Assembly (NCBI GenBank): GCA_963728585.1
Contig: CAVSLB010000006.1
Coordinates: 565,304-629,303 of the forward strand
Source of the DNA: an uncultured Alphaproteobacteria bacterium
GTDB taxonomy: Bacteria > Pseudomonadota > Alphaproteobacteria > Rhizobiales > Xanthobacteraceae
Direction of reading: 5' to 3'
Length of the DNA: 64,000 nucleotides
Positions 39,076-55,619 of this stretch are shown here, one piece after another. A model generated the notes under the pieces. That model searched no databases. It saw only the letters and a list, made by a program, of their open reading frames with translations, and was not told where the DNA came from. Position numbers and translations under genes: made by a program. Within the stretch, counting starts at the first letter, position 1, and each line of letters begins with the position of its first letter.

Positions 39076-39585
39076 TCAGTTCAATCGCTGCACCATCACC
39101 GTGTAGTCGTCGAGGGTGGCCGTGTTGCCGGGTCCAACTGAATCCCAGACGATCCGAATCGCTGCGCTGGCGTTAGCTTGAACCCGTGTGCACCATGTCA
39201 TGCTGGCTGTGGTTTGAGTGGGCCCTTGATGAAAGGTGTTGGGGCTGTTTGGATTGATGTCGATCCAGGGGCCGCCGTCGACGCGCACCTGAGCTTGGAC
39301 GGAAAAAAAGCCACCCGCGGTAGTATTGTCTGCTTCGCCCGAAAGCGTGACGATGTAGGTGTCAGGATTACCGCCGCTTGGGCCAGCGTTAATTGTGCTA
39401 TTAGCGAGGACCTGATTGCCCGCGTTGTCGGCGAGGGTATCCGGATCGTTCTGAGTGACGACGATGGTCTGCTCCAGCGCGCCGCCAACACAGGTAACGA
39501 CTTCAGCCAGGGCGATGGTCTGGGCAGCCAAGGTTACGAAACCGGCCAAGGCCGCCGCCTGCAGCAAATTGCGAAAAGTGTTCAT
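39076..39585 (-). CDS. secreted hypothetical protein
   Basis: Signal MNTFRNLLQAAALAGFVTLAAQTIALA. Beta-rich, Thr/Asn/Gly-rich mature part. Confidence 0.6.
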   Translation of the reverse strand: MNTFRNLLQAAALAGFVTLAAQTIALAEVVTCVGGALEQTIVVTQNDPDTLADNAGNQVLANSTINAGPSGGNPDTYIVTLSGEADNTTAGGFFSVQAQVRVDGGPWIDINPNSPNTFHQGPTQTTASMTWCTRVQANASAAIRIVWDSVGPGNTATLDDYTVMVQRLN

Positions 39586-40116
39586 TGTTCTCTCACCGCT
39601 ATGATGATTGGTTTTTTTGCCGTTGCGCGCTGAAAGCGCCCCTTGATCATGCGCTCGGCAAGCGCACGCTATATCAGCTTTCACATACGAAAGCTGCGAT
39701 CAAATTCCAGATAGCTTTCCCGAAGCGGGGGATTTGAGACTTAGACTCCCTGCGGATTCTGGCTCTGCCGCCCGCTTGCTATAATATTGGGAGGGAACAA
39801 CCACTCTCCGGAGTTGAACCAGCGATAGCGGCTTCACCGTTCCGACCGCGGCATATCCCCGGTCGTGATGTTTTGTCGCCTGGGTGTATTCTCTCGGTTA
39901 GCGGCCCCGGCGCAAGTGAGCTTCGTTTCCTTGGTGCCGCTGCAATGAAACGGCTTGGCTAGTCCTTCGGCAATCAGCACCGCAGCAACGTGTTTGCCTG
40001 TCTGCTCACCACAGCCTCGCGTTAAGCATTGGGATTAACGCTCTTTAGCTTTCGCAGTGGCGTGATGTGCAAGCTTTGTGTCTTGGTTTGGCAATAAGAA
40101 GCATGGAAAAAGCCAA

Positions 40117-40278
40117 ATGGACAAAGGCTCCGCTGATCCCCACCAGGACCGCAAAGTCCGTCTGATTATTCTGAGCGTAGGATTGTTGACTGCAGCTTTG
40201 GCGATTGCCTTAACGGTAGCGTGGTTCTCGCTGCTCGGTTATGGCGTCGTCACGCTTCTCGATTTCATCGCAGGATAA
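40117..40278 (+). CDS. tiny membrane protein, paralogue of 31914-32072
   Basis: See 31914-32072. Both end in ...AG*. Confidence 0.55.
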   Translation: MDKGSADPHQDRKVRLIILSVGLLTAALAIALTVAWFSLLGYGVVTLLDFIAG

Positions 40279-40283
40279 GGCGA

Positions 40284-40796
40284 GTGGTCCGCTGGGTCAC
40301 CGCATTCGCCTATTTGACTGCCGCACTTCTTTCATACCGGGCAATTCGTCTGCATGCGAAAACGCCCCCCTCAGACCAGCGCCGCTTGCTCGTGACGTTC
40401 TGGGTCGTTGTGTTCTGTGCCATGACACTGCTCGGAGTGAACAGGGCGCTCGACCTGGAGTCCTGGTTGACAGACTTTGCTCGCGACTTGGCGCAAGCTG
40501 GAAGGTGGTATGAACAACGAGGCGTGTTTCAAGCAATATTCGTCGCTATCGTCAGTCTGGCGGGTTTCGCAATTTCCGTAAGCGCTGCCCTGATAATACG
40601 GCCGATCATATGGCGGGTGTTGGAGGCAGTTGCGGGATTAGGCTTTCTGGTCACGTTCGTGGTCGTGAGAACCAGTTCCTGGCACTGGGTGGATTTTCTT
40701 CTTGGGTCCGGGCGCAATTGGGTACTAGAGCTTGGTGGCATCGCGCTCGTCTCCTTGTCAGCTCTACATCAGAGCAGCGATCAACCTAGGCTCTGA
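40284..40796 (+). CDS. multi-TM membrane protein, function unknown
   Basis: GTG at 40284, 8 nt after AGGATAAGG. At least four hydrophobic segments. Confidence 0.5.
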   Translation: MVRWVTAFAYLTAALLSYRAIRLHAKTPPSDQRRLLVTFWVVVFCAMTLLGVNRALDLESWLTDFARDLAQAGRWYEQRGVFQAIFVAIVSLAGFAISVSAALIIRPIIWRVLEAVAGLGFLVTFVVVRTSSWHWVDFLLGSGRNWVLELGGIALVSLSALHQSSDQPRL

Positions 40797-40895
40797 TCCA
40801 AGAAGCGCTGAGAAACATTAGCACCAACATCCAGCAAGGCCGTCCGTCAGGGTCTTTGTAGACCACGCTGTATTCCGGCTGACTGAACTCGTTGG

Positions 40896-41051
40896 GTGCA
40901 GCTGGTCCAGGGTAGGCTTATAGGCGCGCTGCCCGGGGTCACGATAGGTGATGATGCGATCATCGGAGCCGGAGCCGTGGTCACTCGCAACGTTGCTGCT
41001 GGAGCCGCGATGGTGGGCAACCCGGCCCGCCGAATTTCAAAACGCGACTAG
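40896..41051 (+). pseudogene. 3' fragment of a hexapeptide-repeat (LbH) acetyltransferase
   Basis: Hand translation ...GVTIGDDAIIGAGAVVTRNVAAGAAMVGNPARRISKRD* gives a typical LbH acetyltransferase C-terminus. An in-frame stop lies ~45 nt upstream and there is no N-terminal part. Confidence 0.5.
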
Positions 41052-41080
41052 GCTCTCGAATGATCCGGGGTGTGGAGCGG

Positions 41081-41154
41081 TAGCGGGGACTGGAGTTGAA
41101 CCAGCGACCTACGGATTATGATTCCGCCGCTCTAACCAACTGAGCTACCCCGCC
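41081..41154 (-). tRNA. tRNA with CAT anticodon (elongator Met or lysidine-modified Ile2; not initiator-like)
   Basis: Reverse complement GGCGGGGTAGCTCAGTTGGTTAGAGCGGCGGAATCATAATCCGTAGGTCGCTGGTTCAACTCCAGTCCCCGCTA folds as a cloverleaf. Anticodon loop is ATCATAA. The T-arm resembles E. coli tRNA-Ile2, so Met versus Ile2 cannot be decided by eye. Confidence 0.85.
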
Positions 41155-41239
41155 GCCGTGCTGGAGATATGGAAGCTGAGGCAAAAGCTGTCAAGGCAAA
41201 GCACTCTGTCACCGAAAAGCGCCGCCGAGATTGGAGAAA

Positions 41240-43177
41240 TCACCCCACCGAAGCCCTGGCGGAACCGTTGCCGTCGCGCAGCCGCTCCCGCACAGGCTTG
41301 GGCTTTCCGTCCGCCGAGACCACGAAGATACGCTGCAGCACGTGCCGCTCCACCGGTTTTTGGATCACCGGAACATGCGTGAAACGCTCATCGATGCTTT
41401 CTGCGCCGTAGCCGGTAACGAAAATAAATGGCACCCCGCGCTGCGGTCAGCAAGTCCGCCAGTGGATAGACCATCTCGCCATCGAGATTCACGTCAAGGA
41501 TCGCCGCGTCGATTTCGTCGGCTTCAATTGATGCTATGGCGTCGGAGCACCGGCTGAACGGCCCGACCACGGAGCAGCCCAAGGTGGTGAGTGACTCGGT
41601 GACCACCATGGCGACCAGCGCTTCGTCCTCGACGATCATCACGCGGTTTCCGGAGATCGAAATGCGCGGGTCGGGAGCGAGCGCGTCCTTGTCAGCAGCG
41701 CGGCGCCGGGCATAGCGCTCTGCCGCTTCCTTGGTGTCGCCCTGCGGCATGGAGAATGTGCATTTCAATCCCTGCGGCAGCCAATCGAATGTTACCCGTC
41801 CGCCCAACTGACGTTCGATGCTGGCAAGGACAATGCGCGTGCCGAAGCCGAGCGTGGCCGGCTTGGAGGTCTCCGGGCCGCCGGTTTCCGTCCAGGTAAA
41901 TTCGATGCTGCGGCCGTCCGAGGTCCAGGCCAGCTTGACCTTGCCGGACTGCGAGGACAGCGCTCCGTATTTCGCAGCATTGGTGACAAGCTCATGCAAC
42001 ACCAGCGCGAGGGTCTGCGCGGCCGCCGGCTGCAGCACAATTCCCGGGCCCGATGCCTGCACCTGATCCTGTTCGCTGGTGCGATAAGGCGCGAACTCCT
42101 CGGCGACGAGGCCGGCGAGATCGGCGCCTTCCCAGCGCGACTGAGACAGGACCGTATGCACGCGTGACAGCGCCTTGATCCGCCCTTCCACCGCCGTGAC
42201 ATAAGCTTCGATGCTGTTAGCCTTGGTCATGCGCACGATCGCCTGCACCAGCGCCAGCGCGTTTTTGGCGCGGTGATCCACCTCGCGCGCGAGCAATGCC
42301 TGGCGCTCCTCGGCCATCTTGCGGTCGGTGATATCGACGGTGACGCCGCTGACGCGCACGACCCGGTTCTGCGCGTCGACGCTGGCGGCCGCCGTACCCG
42401 CGCACCAGCGGATCTCGCCGTTCGGGCGGCGGACGCGAAATTCGGTTTCGTATGCGCCGCCTTCCTTGAACATGCGCTCCATCGCGGTGCTGAAGCGTTC
42501 CCAATCCTCCGGGTGAAGCAGCGTGCGGACATGCTCCGGCGTTACCGCGAAAGACCCGGGCTCGACGCCAAAGATCCGATGCTGCCCTTCGTCCCACATC
42601 CAGTCCCTATTGACGAGGTCCCAGTCCCAGGAGCCCATGTTGCTTGCGGCGAGCGCCAGGCTCCGCCGCTGCTCGCTCTGGCGCAGCTGGGCGGCAGATG
42701 CTTCGACGTCGGCGGTGCGCGCGGCTACCCGTTGCTCCAGTTCCGCGTTAAGCCGCTCGAGCTGCCGCGTCTTGCGGTAAAGCTCGGCGAAAACCCTGAC
42801 CTTGGCGCGCAGCACCTCGGGAATGACCGGAACGGGAACGTAATCCACCGCGCCCATCTCATAGCCGCGCAGGCGATCGACATCGGTGAGGTGAATGGCC
42901 GAGATGAAGATCATCGCCGTGCTCTGGAAACGGGGATGTTCGCGGATCATGGCCGCGAGCTGGAACCCGTCCAGGTCGGGCATGCAGACGTCCACCAGCA
43001 CAACGGCGATGTCCGTCTTCAGCAGCTGTTCCAGCGCCTCGCGTCCCGAAGAGGCCTTGATGAGATTCTCATTCAGGTCCTTCAGGATGACTTCATAGCT
43101 CAACAGCTTCGCCGGCTGGTCGTCGACCAGGAGAATGTTGACCTTCTCGTTTCCGGTCATATCCGATTTCTCCGCCA

Positions 43178-43178
<1 letters not shown>
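41240..43178 (-). pseudogene. REC-PAS-HWE histidine kinase-REC signalling protein, +1 frameshift in the C4 run at 41434-41437
   Basis: ILLVDDQPAKL...DVCMPDLDG (REC), then PAS (WDWDLVNRDWMWDE...), then the HWE-type H-box EVDHRAKNALALVQAI and a second REC (VMIVEDEALVA...). Removing one base joins ...LADLLTAARG-VPFIFVTGYGAESIDE... (ORF 41240-41434). The start ATG overlaps the upstream stop (TAATG at 43176-43180). Confidence 0.85.
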
Positions 43179-49479
<6,301 letters not shown>

Positions 49480-49908
49480 TGATGTCCTCCTGGGCCGTTC
49501 GGCGGTTTTTTGCGACGCCTGACTACGGCAATAATGATTTCAACACGGGATGCCTTTGCGCGGGAGGCATTCCGAGCATCGCTACCGTGAGCGATAGGGT
49601 GGTCAGGGGTTTCCCCACATGTGCGGCGCTTTCGCCGCGACTGCTGTTGAGCACTTTCGGATACTCTCAACGAAGCAGCTTAACCTATTGGCAGGCCCAC
49701 CGGTTCTGGCCCGTACTCAAAAAAAAGTGATGGTAATAAGGTGCTTAAATCCCAATTTCCCCACCATTAACCTTGCGGCGGACGGGGACGTACTCTTGGG
49801 CCGGCCGGACGGGATTGGCGGCATCCAAAAAAGACGCCCGGAGCCAGCGGCCCCGGACGTGCTGTTGCTTGAGGGTGGGGCTTTGAACCCCCGACCGGGC
49901 CGGGACCC

Positions 49909-50937
49909 TTACTTAATCAATTCGCCGATCTTGGCGACGATCGGCTTGGGCGTGGCATAAATCTTCTTAACCAAAGCCTCCAGATTTTCCCCGGTTGCCG
50001 GGGCCAGATCCAGCTTGCGCTGCTTCACTTCGGCAATGAACTCCGGGTCCTTCATGGTCGCGTTGAAGGCATCGCGCATCATTTTCAGCACCTCGGGAGA
50101 CAGGTCGGGCGGAGCCACGAAGGGGCGGCCGATGCCCTGACCGGCGTAGAGAAATTCGATCGCCTTCTTGGTGTCCTCGTCCTTGGCGAATTGCAGGACA
50201 AAGGGGACCTCCTTGATCTCGGGATTCGGCTGTGCGCCGCCCTGGAACAGGAGGGTGACCGTCTTTTTTTCCACCCAGTCCGGCCGCTTGCCGTGCACGC
50301 TGTCGAGGCTTTCGCAGATGCCGTCGACTTCGCCGCGTTCCATGGCGAGGAATACGTCGGAGGAGGAGGGATAGCCGCCGATCAACTTGAATTTCATCCC
50401 GAGTAGCGCATTGAGCGCCTTGGGATAGGAATGGGTACCGGTGCCCGGGCCGGTATCGCCCAAAATGATTTCCGTCGTGAACAGGTCTTCCGCCTTTTTC
50501 ACCTTGGCATTCTTGTAGGCGATGCAGACGTTGGTTTCCGTCGTGGGCGTGCCGAGCCATGAAATCTTCAGCGGATCGAAGCGCGCGCCTTCCAGGCCGG
50601 TCAGTGGGCCAAGCGGTGCGTCGCGCGCGATGATGCCCATCACCGTGCCGTCCTTCGGCGCGGCGGTGTAGATATGGGCGGCGGCGGTGAAGCTGCCGGC
50701 GCCGGGCATGTTTTGCGAAACAACGTTGGGATTGCCGGGCAGGTGCTTGCCGATATGCCGCGCGACGGTGCGCGCCCACAGGTCATAGCCGCCGCCGGGG
50801 CCGAAGCCGATGATCATCTGTACGGTCTTGCCGGCATAGTAATTCGGGCCGGGCGCCTGGGCGGATGCGGTCAGCGTTCCCCCCATCAGCAGCGCCGCGG
50901 CAAATCCAAATAAATGTGACGCCGATGTTTTTTTCAT
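49909..50937 (-). CDS. Bug-family tripartite tricarboxylate transporter substrate-binding protein (TctC-like)
   Basis: Signal MKKTSASHLFGFAAALLMGGTLTASA. ...GPGGGYDLWAR...GAGS... and the length are typical of Bug proteins. Confidence 0.8.
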   Translation of the reverse strand: MKKTSASHLFGFAAALLMGGTLTASAQAPGPNYYAGKTVQMIIGFGPGGGYDLWARTVARHIGKHLPGNPNVVSQNMPGAGSFTAAAHIYTAAPKDGTVMGIIARDAPLGPLTGLEGARFDPLKISWLGTPTTETNVCIAYKNAKVKKAEDLFTTEIILGDTGPGTGTHSYPKALNALLGMKFKLIGGYPSSSDVFLAMERGEVDGICESLDSVHGKRPDWVEKKTVTLLFQGGAQPNPEIKEVPFVLQFAKDEDTKKAIEFLYAGQGIGRPFVAPPDLSPEVLKMMRDAFNATMKDPEFIAEVKQRKLDLAPATGENLEALVKKIYATPKPIVAKIGELIK

Positions 50938-51089
50938 GAGCTGTTTCCTCCACCCTTTTCACGACGGGCCATGCGCCAGAGGACGCGTGGCAGCGCCGAA
51001 ATCGGCGTTTTCATAGCAAATCACCGGCGGATTGCCCATGACTTGGACGGGCCGCAGGCAGGTCCAGGCTGCGCTAATTGTCTCAGGGG

Positions 51090-52118
51090 TTAACGCATGC
51101 CCCGCAGCGTCGCGCTCGGGCTCTCGCCGAAATAGTCTTTGTAGTCGCGCGCGAACTGGCTCTTATTTTCGTAACCCACAGCGGCGGCGACTTCAGCCAC
51201 GCGTGCGCCGCGAAGCTGCGCCTCCAGCAGGCTGCGCCGGGCGTGCAACAGGCGCACGCCCTTGAGATATTTCTTCGGGCTGGCGCCCCGATGCTGTTTG
51301 AAGCCGTAATAGAGCGTGCGCGCGCTCACCCCGGTTGCCGCGGTGAGGTCGCCGATGTCGATCGGCTTCATGTAATTTTCCGCTACGAATTGTTCGGCGC
51401 GCCGAATGTAATAGGGCGCCACCTGGGTGGAGCGGTCGGCGATGGAGCGCTCGCCGTGCGTTCCCAGGCTGCGCAGCAATAACAGCGAAAGCAGGCGCTC
51501 GGCATGCATGGCTGCCGAGGGCTCAGACAAGGTCGAATGATCGCTGCTCAAATCATGAATGACGGTCTCGATGAAGCGCGCCAGCGCCAATGACTGATCG
51601 AGGTGGATAAGCGTGAGCGGCTGGTCGCTCAGTTCCTTGGCCGATTTAAAGGCGGCGAGGTTCACCACTTCGCGGCCGATCCGCAGATTCAGCAGGTCGC
51701 ATTGGCCTTCCCAGCGCCTTCGCAGCACGCCAGCCGCGCTGACGACGAGGGCATCGCCCGGTTTCACCTTGATCCAGGTTTCGCCCTGGCTGGCCTCGAA
51801 CTCCCCGCGCAACGGAATATGCAGCACCACGTGGTGGTCAGGGGTGCGGAAGGTGGCGGTCTCGCATTTGGCTTCGCAATTCCAGCTCAGGAAGCGCAGG
51901 TCGATACGGCCGACGCGCGCATGGGCTTCACCATAGCCAATGAAGCGGCCAGAGTTGGTGACGGCAAAAGAGCTGCGTCCGGCGGAAAAGTCGAGAATGC
52001 GCTGACGCGTAGACAGAATGTCCGCGGCGGCAAAATGCTCGCAGCGGTTCATCAAGTCGGAGCAGCTTTTGATCCACTCCGAAACGGCAAGCGAACTGGG
52101 ACTGTGGGTCTCGGCCAT
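51090..52118 (-). CDS. AraC family transcriptional regulator
   Basis: C-terminal double HTH (...IGDLTAATGVSARTLYYGFKQHRGASPKKYLKGVRLLHARRSL...AVGYENKSQFARDYKDYFGESPS). Confidence 0.85.
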   Translation of the reverse strand: MAETHSPSSLAVSEWIKSCSDLMNRCEHFAAADILSTRQRILDFSAGRSSFAVTNSGRFIGYGEAHARVGRIDLRFLSWNCEAKCETATFRTPDHHVVLHIPLRGEFEASQGETWIKVKPGDALVVSAAGVLRRRWEGQCDLLNLRIGREVVNLAAFKSAKELSDQPLTLIHLDQSLALARFIETVIHDLSSDHSTLSEPSAAMHAERLLSLLLLRSLGTHGERSIADRSTQVAPYYIRRAEQFVAENYMKPIDIGDLTAATGVSARTLYYGFKQHRGASPKKYLKGVRLLHARRSLLEAQLRGARVAEVAAAVGYENKSQFARDYKDYFGESPSATLRGMR

Positions 52119-52274
52119 GGTCCCGGGACTATAGACAAGTGGGCGCAAATTTGCACCCGGGCGCAAGCTTTTGCGCGCCCTGTATACTCATTGCACCCAG
52201 CGTATGGACAAGGCATGGCCTGCTGGCGTCAATAACCGCTGCCGCTTAACGCCAAGCCGGGAGCCATTTTCCGC

Positions 52275-53060
52275 ATGTTGACGACGGACCAAAGCAAGAC
52301 CCTGATCCATGTCAGCGGCATGGACATCGAGCTGGAGCGACGGGGCCGCGGGCAGCCGCTGCTGCTGCTGTATGGAGAAGAGGGCCTCGAGCCGGAAGCC
52401 CCCTTCATCGACGAACTGGCCAAGGATTTTGAAATTTTCATTCCGTCCCCGCCGGGCTTCGGCAATTCCGAGCGGCCGGATTGGATCAGCAATATCGACG
52501 ACATCTCCTACGTCTATCTCGACCTCGTTGAGAAACTCGCGCTGAAGAATCTGCCGGTAATCGGCTTCTCGCTGGGCGGCTGGCTGGCGGCAGAGATCGC
52601 GACCAAGGACAACTCTTTCATTTCCAGGCTGGTGCTGGTCGGTGCCTATGGCGTCAAACCCGGCGGGCCGTTTGACCGCGACATCGCGGATTTCTGGTGT
52701 CTGCATCCCTCCGAGGTGCTGAAGCTGAAGTGGCACGATCCGGAAAGGGGCAAGCGCGACTTTCCTTCCATGCCGGAGGAGAAGCTAACGATCGTCGCGC
52801 GCAATGTGGAATCCATGGCGCGCTTTTGCTGGGAGCCCTTCATGCATAATCCCAAGCTGAAGCGCAGGCTGCATCGCATCAAGGTGCCGACCCGGCTGAT
52901 CTGGGGCGAGCATGACGGCATCGTGACGCCGGCCTATGGCAAAGCTTACGCGGATGCCATTCCCGGCGCGATCTTGCAGGTGATCCCCGGCGCGGGACAT
53001 TTCCCGCAGCTCGAACAACCCGAAACATTCATGGCAGCGCTGCGCGAGTTCTTGCGCTAG
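52275..53060 (+). CDS. alpha/beta hydrolase
   Basis: Nucleophile elbow GFSLGG; C-terminal GAGHFPQLE. Confidence 0.8.
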   Translation: MLTTDQSKTLIHVSGMDIELERRGRGQPLLLLYGEEGLEPEAPFIDELAKDFEIFIPSPPGFGNSERPDWISNIDDISYVYLDLVEKLALKNLPVIGFSLGGWLAAEIATKDNSFISRLVLVGAYGVKPGGPFDRDIADFWCLHPSEVLKLKWHDPERGKRDFPSMPEEKLTIVARNVESMARFCWEPFMHNPKLKRRLHRIKVPTRLIWGEHDGIVTPAYGKAYADAIPGAILQVIPGAGHFPQLEQPETFMAALREFLR

Positions 53061-53096
53061 CCGCAGAGCCTGAAGAAATAGGAAGGACGACGACCG

Positions 53097-54263
53097 ATGC
53101 AGGCCTGGCACTTCACCGAGATGCCCTATCCGCATGTCCCGCAAGGGGACGCGCTGGAATCGATGCGGGTAACGATCCCGAGCAAGCTCTACGATCCGAA
53201 GATCGGTTCCGATCTCTACAACCGCTATCTCGACGAGCATGTGATCGCCGACGAGCTCGGCCTCAACATCATGCTCAACGAGCATCATCAGACTGCGACT
53301 TGTCTGGATGCGGCCGCCCCGCTGATGGCTGCCATCCTGGCGCGGCAGACCAAGAAGGCCCGCATCTGCATTCTCGGCAATCCGATCGCCAACCGCGGGG
53401 ATCCCATCCGCATCGCCGAGGAAATGGCGATCATCGACAATATTTCACGCGGACGCCTGGACGTCGGCATCGTTCGCGGGGTGCCCTACGAAGTATTCGC
53501 CGCCAACACCAACCCGACGCAGACGCTGGAGCGTCTCTGGGAAGGCGTCGACCTGATCGTGAAAGCCTGGACCAGCCACGATGGGCCGTTCAATTTCGAA
53601 GGCCGCTTCACGCATCGGCGCGTGGTGAACGTATGGCCGCGCCCTTACCAGCAGCCGCATCCGATGATCTGGATCACCGGCTCCAGCGACTACGACAACA
53701 TCAAGAAGGTGGCGAGCCGGGGCTATGTCTTCGCAACCTTCCTGCAGCCGCATGACAAGGTGAAGCTGATGTTCGATGCCTATCGTTCGACCATGGCCGA
53801 CCACGGGCTGCCGGGCGGGGCGGGGATGGCTTTCATGCCGCTGGTTTATACCGCCGACTCCGAGGAGGAGGCGGAAAAGGGCGCGAAAGAACTCACCTGG
53901 TACATGCAGACAAAAACGCCGCCGCAATTCCGCAATCCGCCCGGCTATGTCGGCGTCGAAACCAACGTGAAGGCGCTGCAGGGCGCCTATACCGGCCGCA
54001 CCGACGCGGTGCGTGCCAAAGGCATGGACTATCTGCGCGAGCAGGGCGTGCTGATGTACGGAACGCCGGATTCCGTCGCAAGGCAGGTGAAGCGTTACTA
54101 CGATCTGGTCGGCGGCTTCGATCATCTGTTGATGATGCAGCAGGCCGGCTTCCTCGATCACAAGCGGACGGTTTCCAGCATGACGCTGTTCGCCAAGGAG
54201 GTGTATCCGCAGATCAAGGATTTGCCGCGCACCGTGATGCAAAAGGCGAAAGCGATGGCCTGA
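53097..54263 (+). CDS. LLM-class (luciferase-like) flavin-dependent monooxygenase
   Basis: MQAWHFTEMPYP...LNEHHQT...RLDVGIVRG... Length is about 388 aa. Adjacent to a flavin reductase gene. Confidence 0.8.
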   Translation: MQAWHFTEMPYPHVPQGDALESMRVTIPSKLYDPKIGSDLYNRYLDEHVIADELGLNIMLNEHHQTATCLDAAAPLMAAILARQTKKARICILGNPIANRGDPIRIAEEMAIIDNISRGRLDVGIVRGVPYEVFAANTNPTQTLERLWEGVDLIVKAWTSHDGPFNFEGRFTHRRVVNVWPRPYQQPHPMIWITGSSDYDNIKKVASRGYVFATFLQPHDKVKLMFDAYRSTMADHGLPGGAGMAFMPLVYTADSEEEAEKGAKELTWYMQTKTPPQFRNPPGYVGVETNVKALQGAYTGRTDAVRAKGMDYLREQGVLMYGTPDSVARQVKRYYDLVGGFDHLLMMQQAGFLDHKRTVSSMTLFAKEVYPQIKDLPRTVMQKAKAMA

Positions 54264-55112
54264 ATGGGGCAAGGCAAGTTCATTTCCGTCGACGGCATCC
54301 GGACGCATTATTTCGAGGCCGGTGAAAGCCATCGCGGGCGCAAACCAAGCGTATTGTTGCTACATTCGGCGGAATATGGCGGGGCTGCGGAGTTCTCCTG
54401 GGAATTTAACCTGCAAGCGCTTGGCCGGCACTACCACGTGCTGGCGCCGGATCACCTCGGTTTCGGGCTGACCGACAAGATCTTCGATTTCAATGGCCAA
54501 TTCGATCGCCGTATCACGCACATCAAACGCTTCATCGAGGTGATGGGCGTCGGCCCGGTGCATGTGATGGGGTCGTCGATGTCGGGGGGATTGAGCCTGA
54601 CGGTGGCGGCGCGGAAACAGCCGGATTGGCCAATCGTGAGCATTGTCTGTTGTTCCGGCGGAGGCGACGCGCCCGACAACGACCAGCGCAAGATCATCAA
54701 CAGCTATGACGGCTCGCGCGAGCACATGCGGCGCATCATCCAGGTGATGTTCGTCGATCCGAAATGGTCGAGCGATGAAGCTTATCTCGATCGCCGCTGG
54801 GAGATGTCGCACCTGCCGGGCGCCTGGGAAGCCACCTCCGCCGCGCGCTTCAAGGCGCCATTTCGGACGGCGGGCGCCAAGCGCGAGCGCGACAATATTG
54901 ATTACGCCGCCATCCGGGTGCCGACGCTGGTGATGGCAGGCAGGCTCGATTGCCTGCGCGCGCCCGGCTATACCGAAACTTTCGTGCCGAAAATTCCGCG
55001 CGCATCGCTGCATGTGTTCGAGCAGGCCGGGCACATGGGCAATATCGAATGCGCCGATGAGTTCAACGAACGCGTGCTCGCTTTTCTGGCTGAGCAAAAG
55101 GTGCCGGCATGA
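54264..55112 (+). CDS. alpha/beta hydrolase (C-C/meta-cleavage-product hydrolase-like)
   Basis: Start abuts the previous stop (TGAATG). Nucleophile elbow GSSMSGG; ...AGHMGNIE. Confidence 0.75.
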   Translation: MGQGKFISVDGIRTHYFEAGESHRGRKPSVLLLHSAEYGGAAEFSWEFNLQALGRHYHVLAPDHLGFGLTDKIFDFNGQFDRRITHIKRFIEVMGVGPVHVMGSSMSGGLSLTVAARKQPDWPIVSIVCCSGGGDAPDNDQRKIINSYDGSREHMRRIIQVMFVDPKWSSDEAYLDRRWEMSHLPGAWEATSAARFKAPFRTAGAKRERDNIDYAAIRVPTLVMAGRLDCLRAPGYTETFVPKIPRASLHVFEQAGHMGNIECADEFNERVLAFLAEQKVPA

Positions 55113-55615
55113 GCGGTGAGGACCTTCAAGAGGTTTTCCGGCTCGCGATGCGGCGCGTCGCCAGTACGGTGACGATTGTCTCCGCGCGGGATGGCGGAGA
55201 GCGGCACGGCACCACGGCGACTTCCGTCACCTCCATCAGCATGGAGCCGCCGTCGCTGCTGGTCTGCTTCAATCAGAACAGCCGCCTGCATTACTTCCTG
55301 CACAGGCAGGACCGTTTCTGCATTAACGTGCTGCACACGTCGAATCTCGATGTCGCCAAGGTCTTCAGCAGCAACGCGACGGGGGAGGAGCGCTTTGCCA
55401 CCGGCGATTGGCGCGCGGATGCCGACGATGTGCCGTATCTCGCCACCGCGCAGGCTAATTTTTTCTGCGGCAAGGAGCAGGAGATCAACTATGGCTCGCA
55501 CACCATCTTTATCGGCCGGGTATTGCAGGCCTTGACGCGCGAGGACATCTCTCCGCTGGTCTACCGCGACGGCCGTTATGGCTCGGTCGCGCCGGACACC
55601 GAATCGGTCAAATAA
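55109..55615 (+). CDS. flavin reductase family protein (two-component monooxygenase reductase partner)
   Basis: ATGA overlap with the previous gene. ...FRLAMRRVASTVTIVSARDGGERHGTTATSVTSISMEPPSLLVCFN.... Confidence 0.8.
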   Translation: MSGEDLQEVFRLAMRRVASTVTIVSARDGGERHGTTATSVTSISMEPPSLLVCFNQNSRLHYFLHRQDRFCINVLHTSNLDVAKVFSSNATGEERFATGDWRADADDVPYLATAQANFFCGKEQEINYGSHTIFIGRVLQALTREDISPLVYRDGRYGSVAPDTESVK

Positions 55616-55619
55616 GAGA

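Noticed and set aside
27300-41080. Search for integrase, transposase, IS ends, or att direct repeats of the tRNA 3' ends (the same search was done for 3.4-9.4 kb)
   Set aside because: None could be recognised by eye in any frame. The island and prophage calls therefore rest on content and context only, and are scored accordingly.
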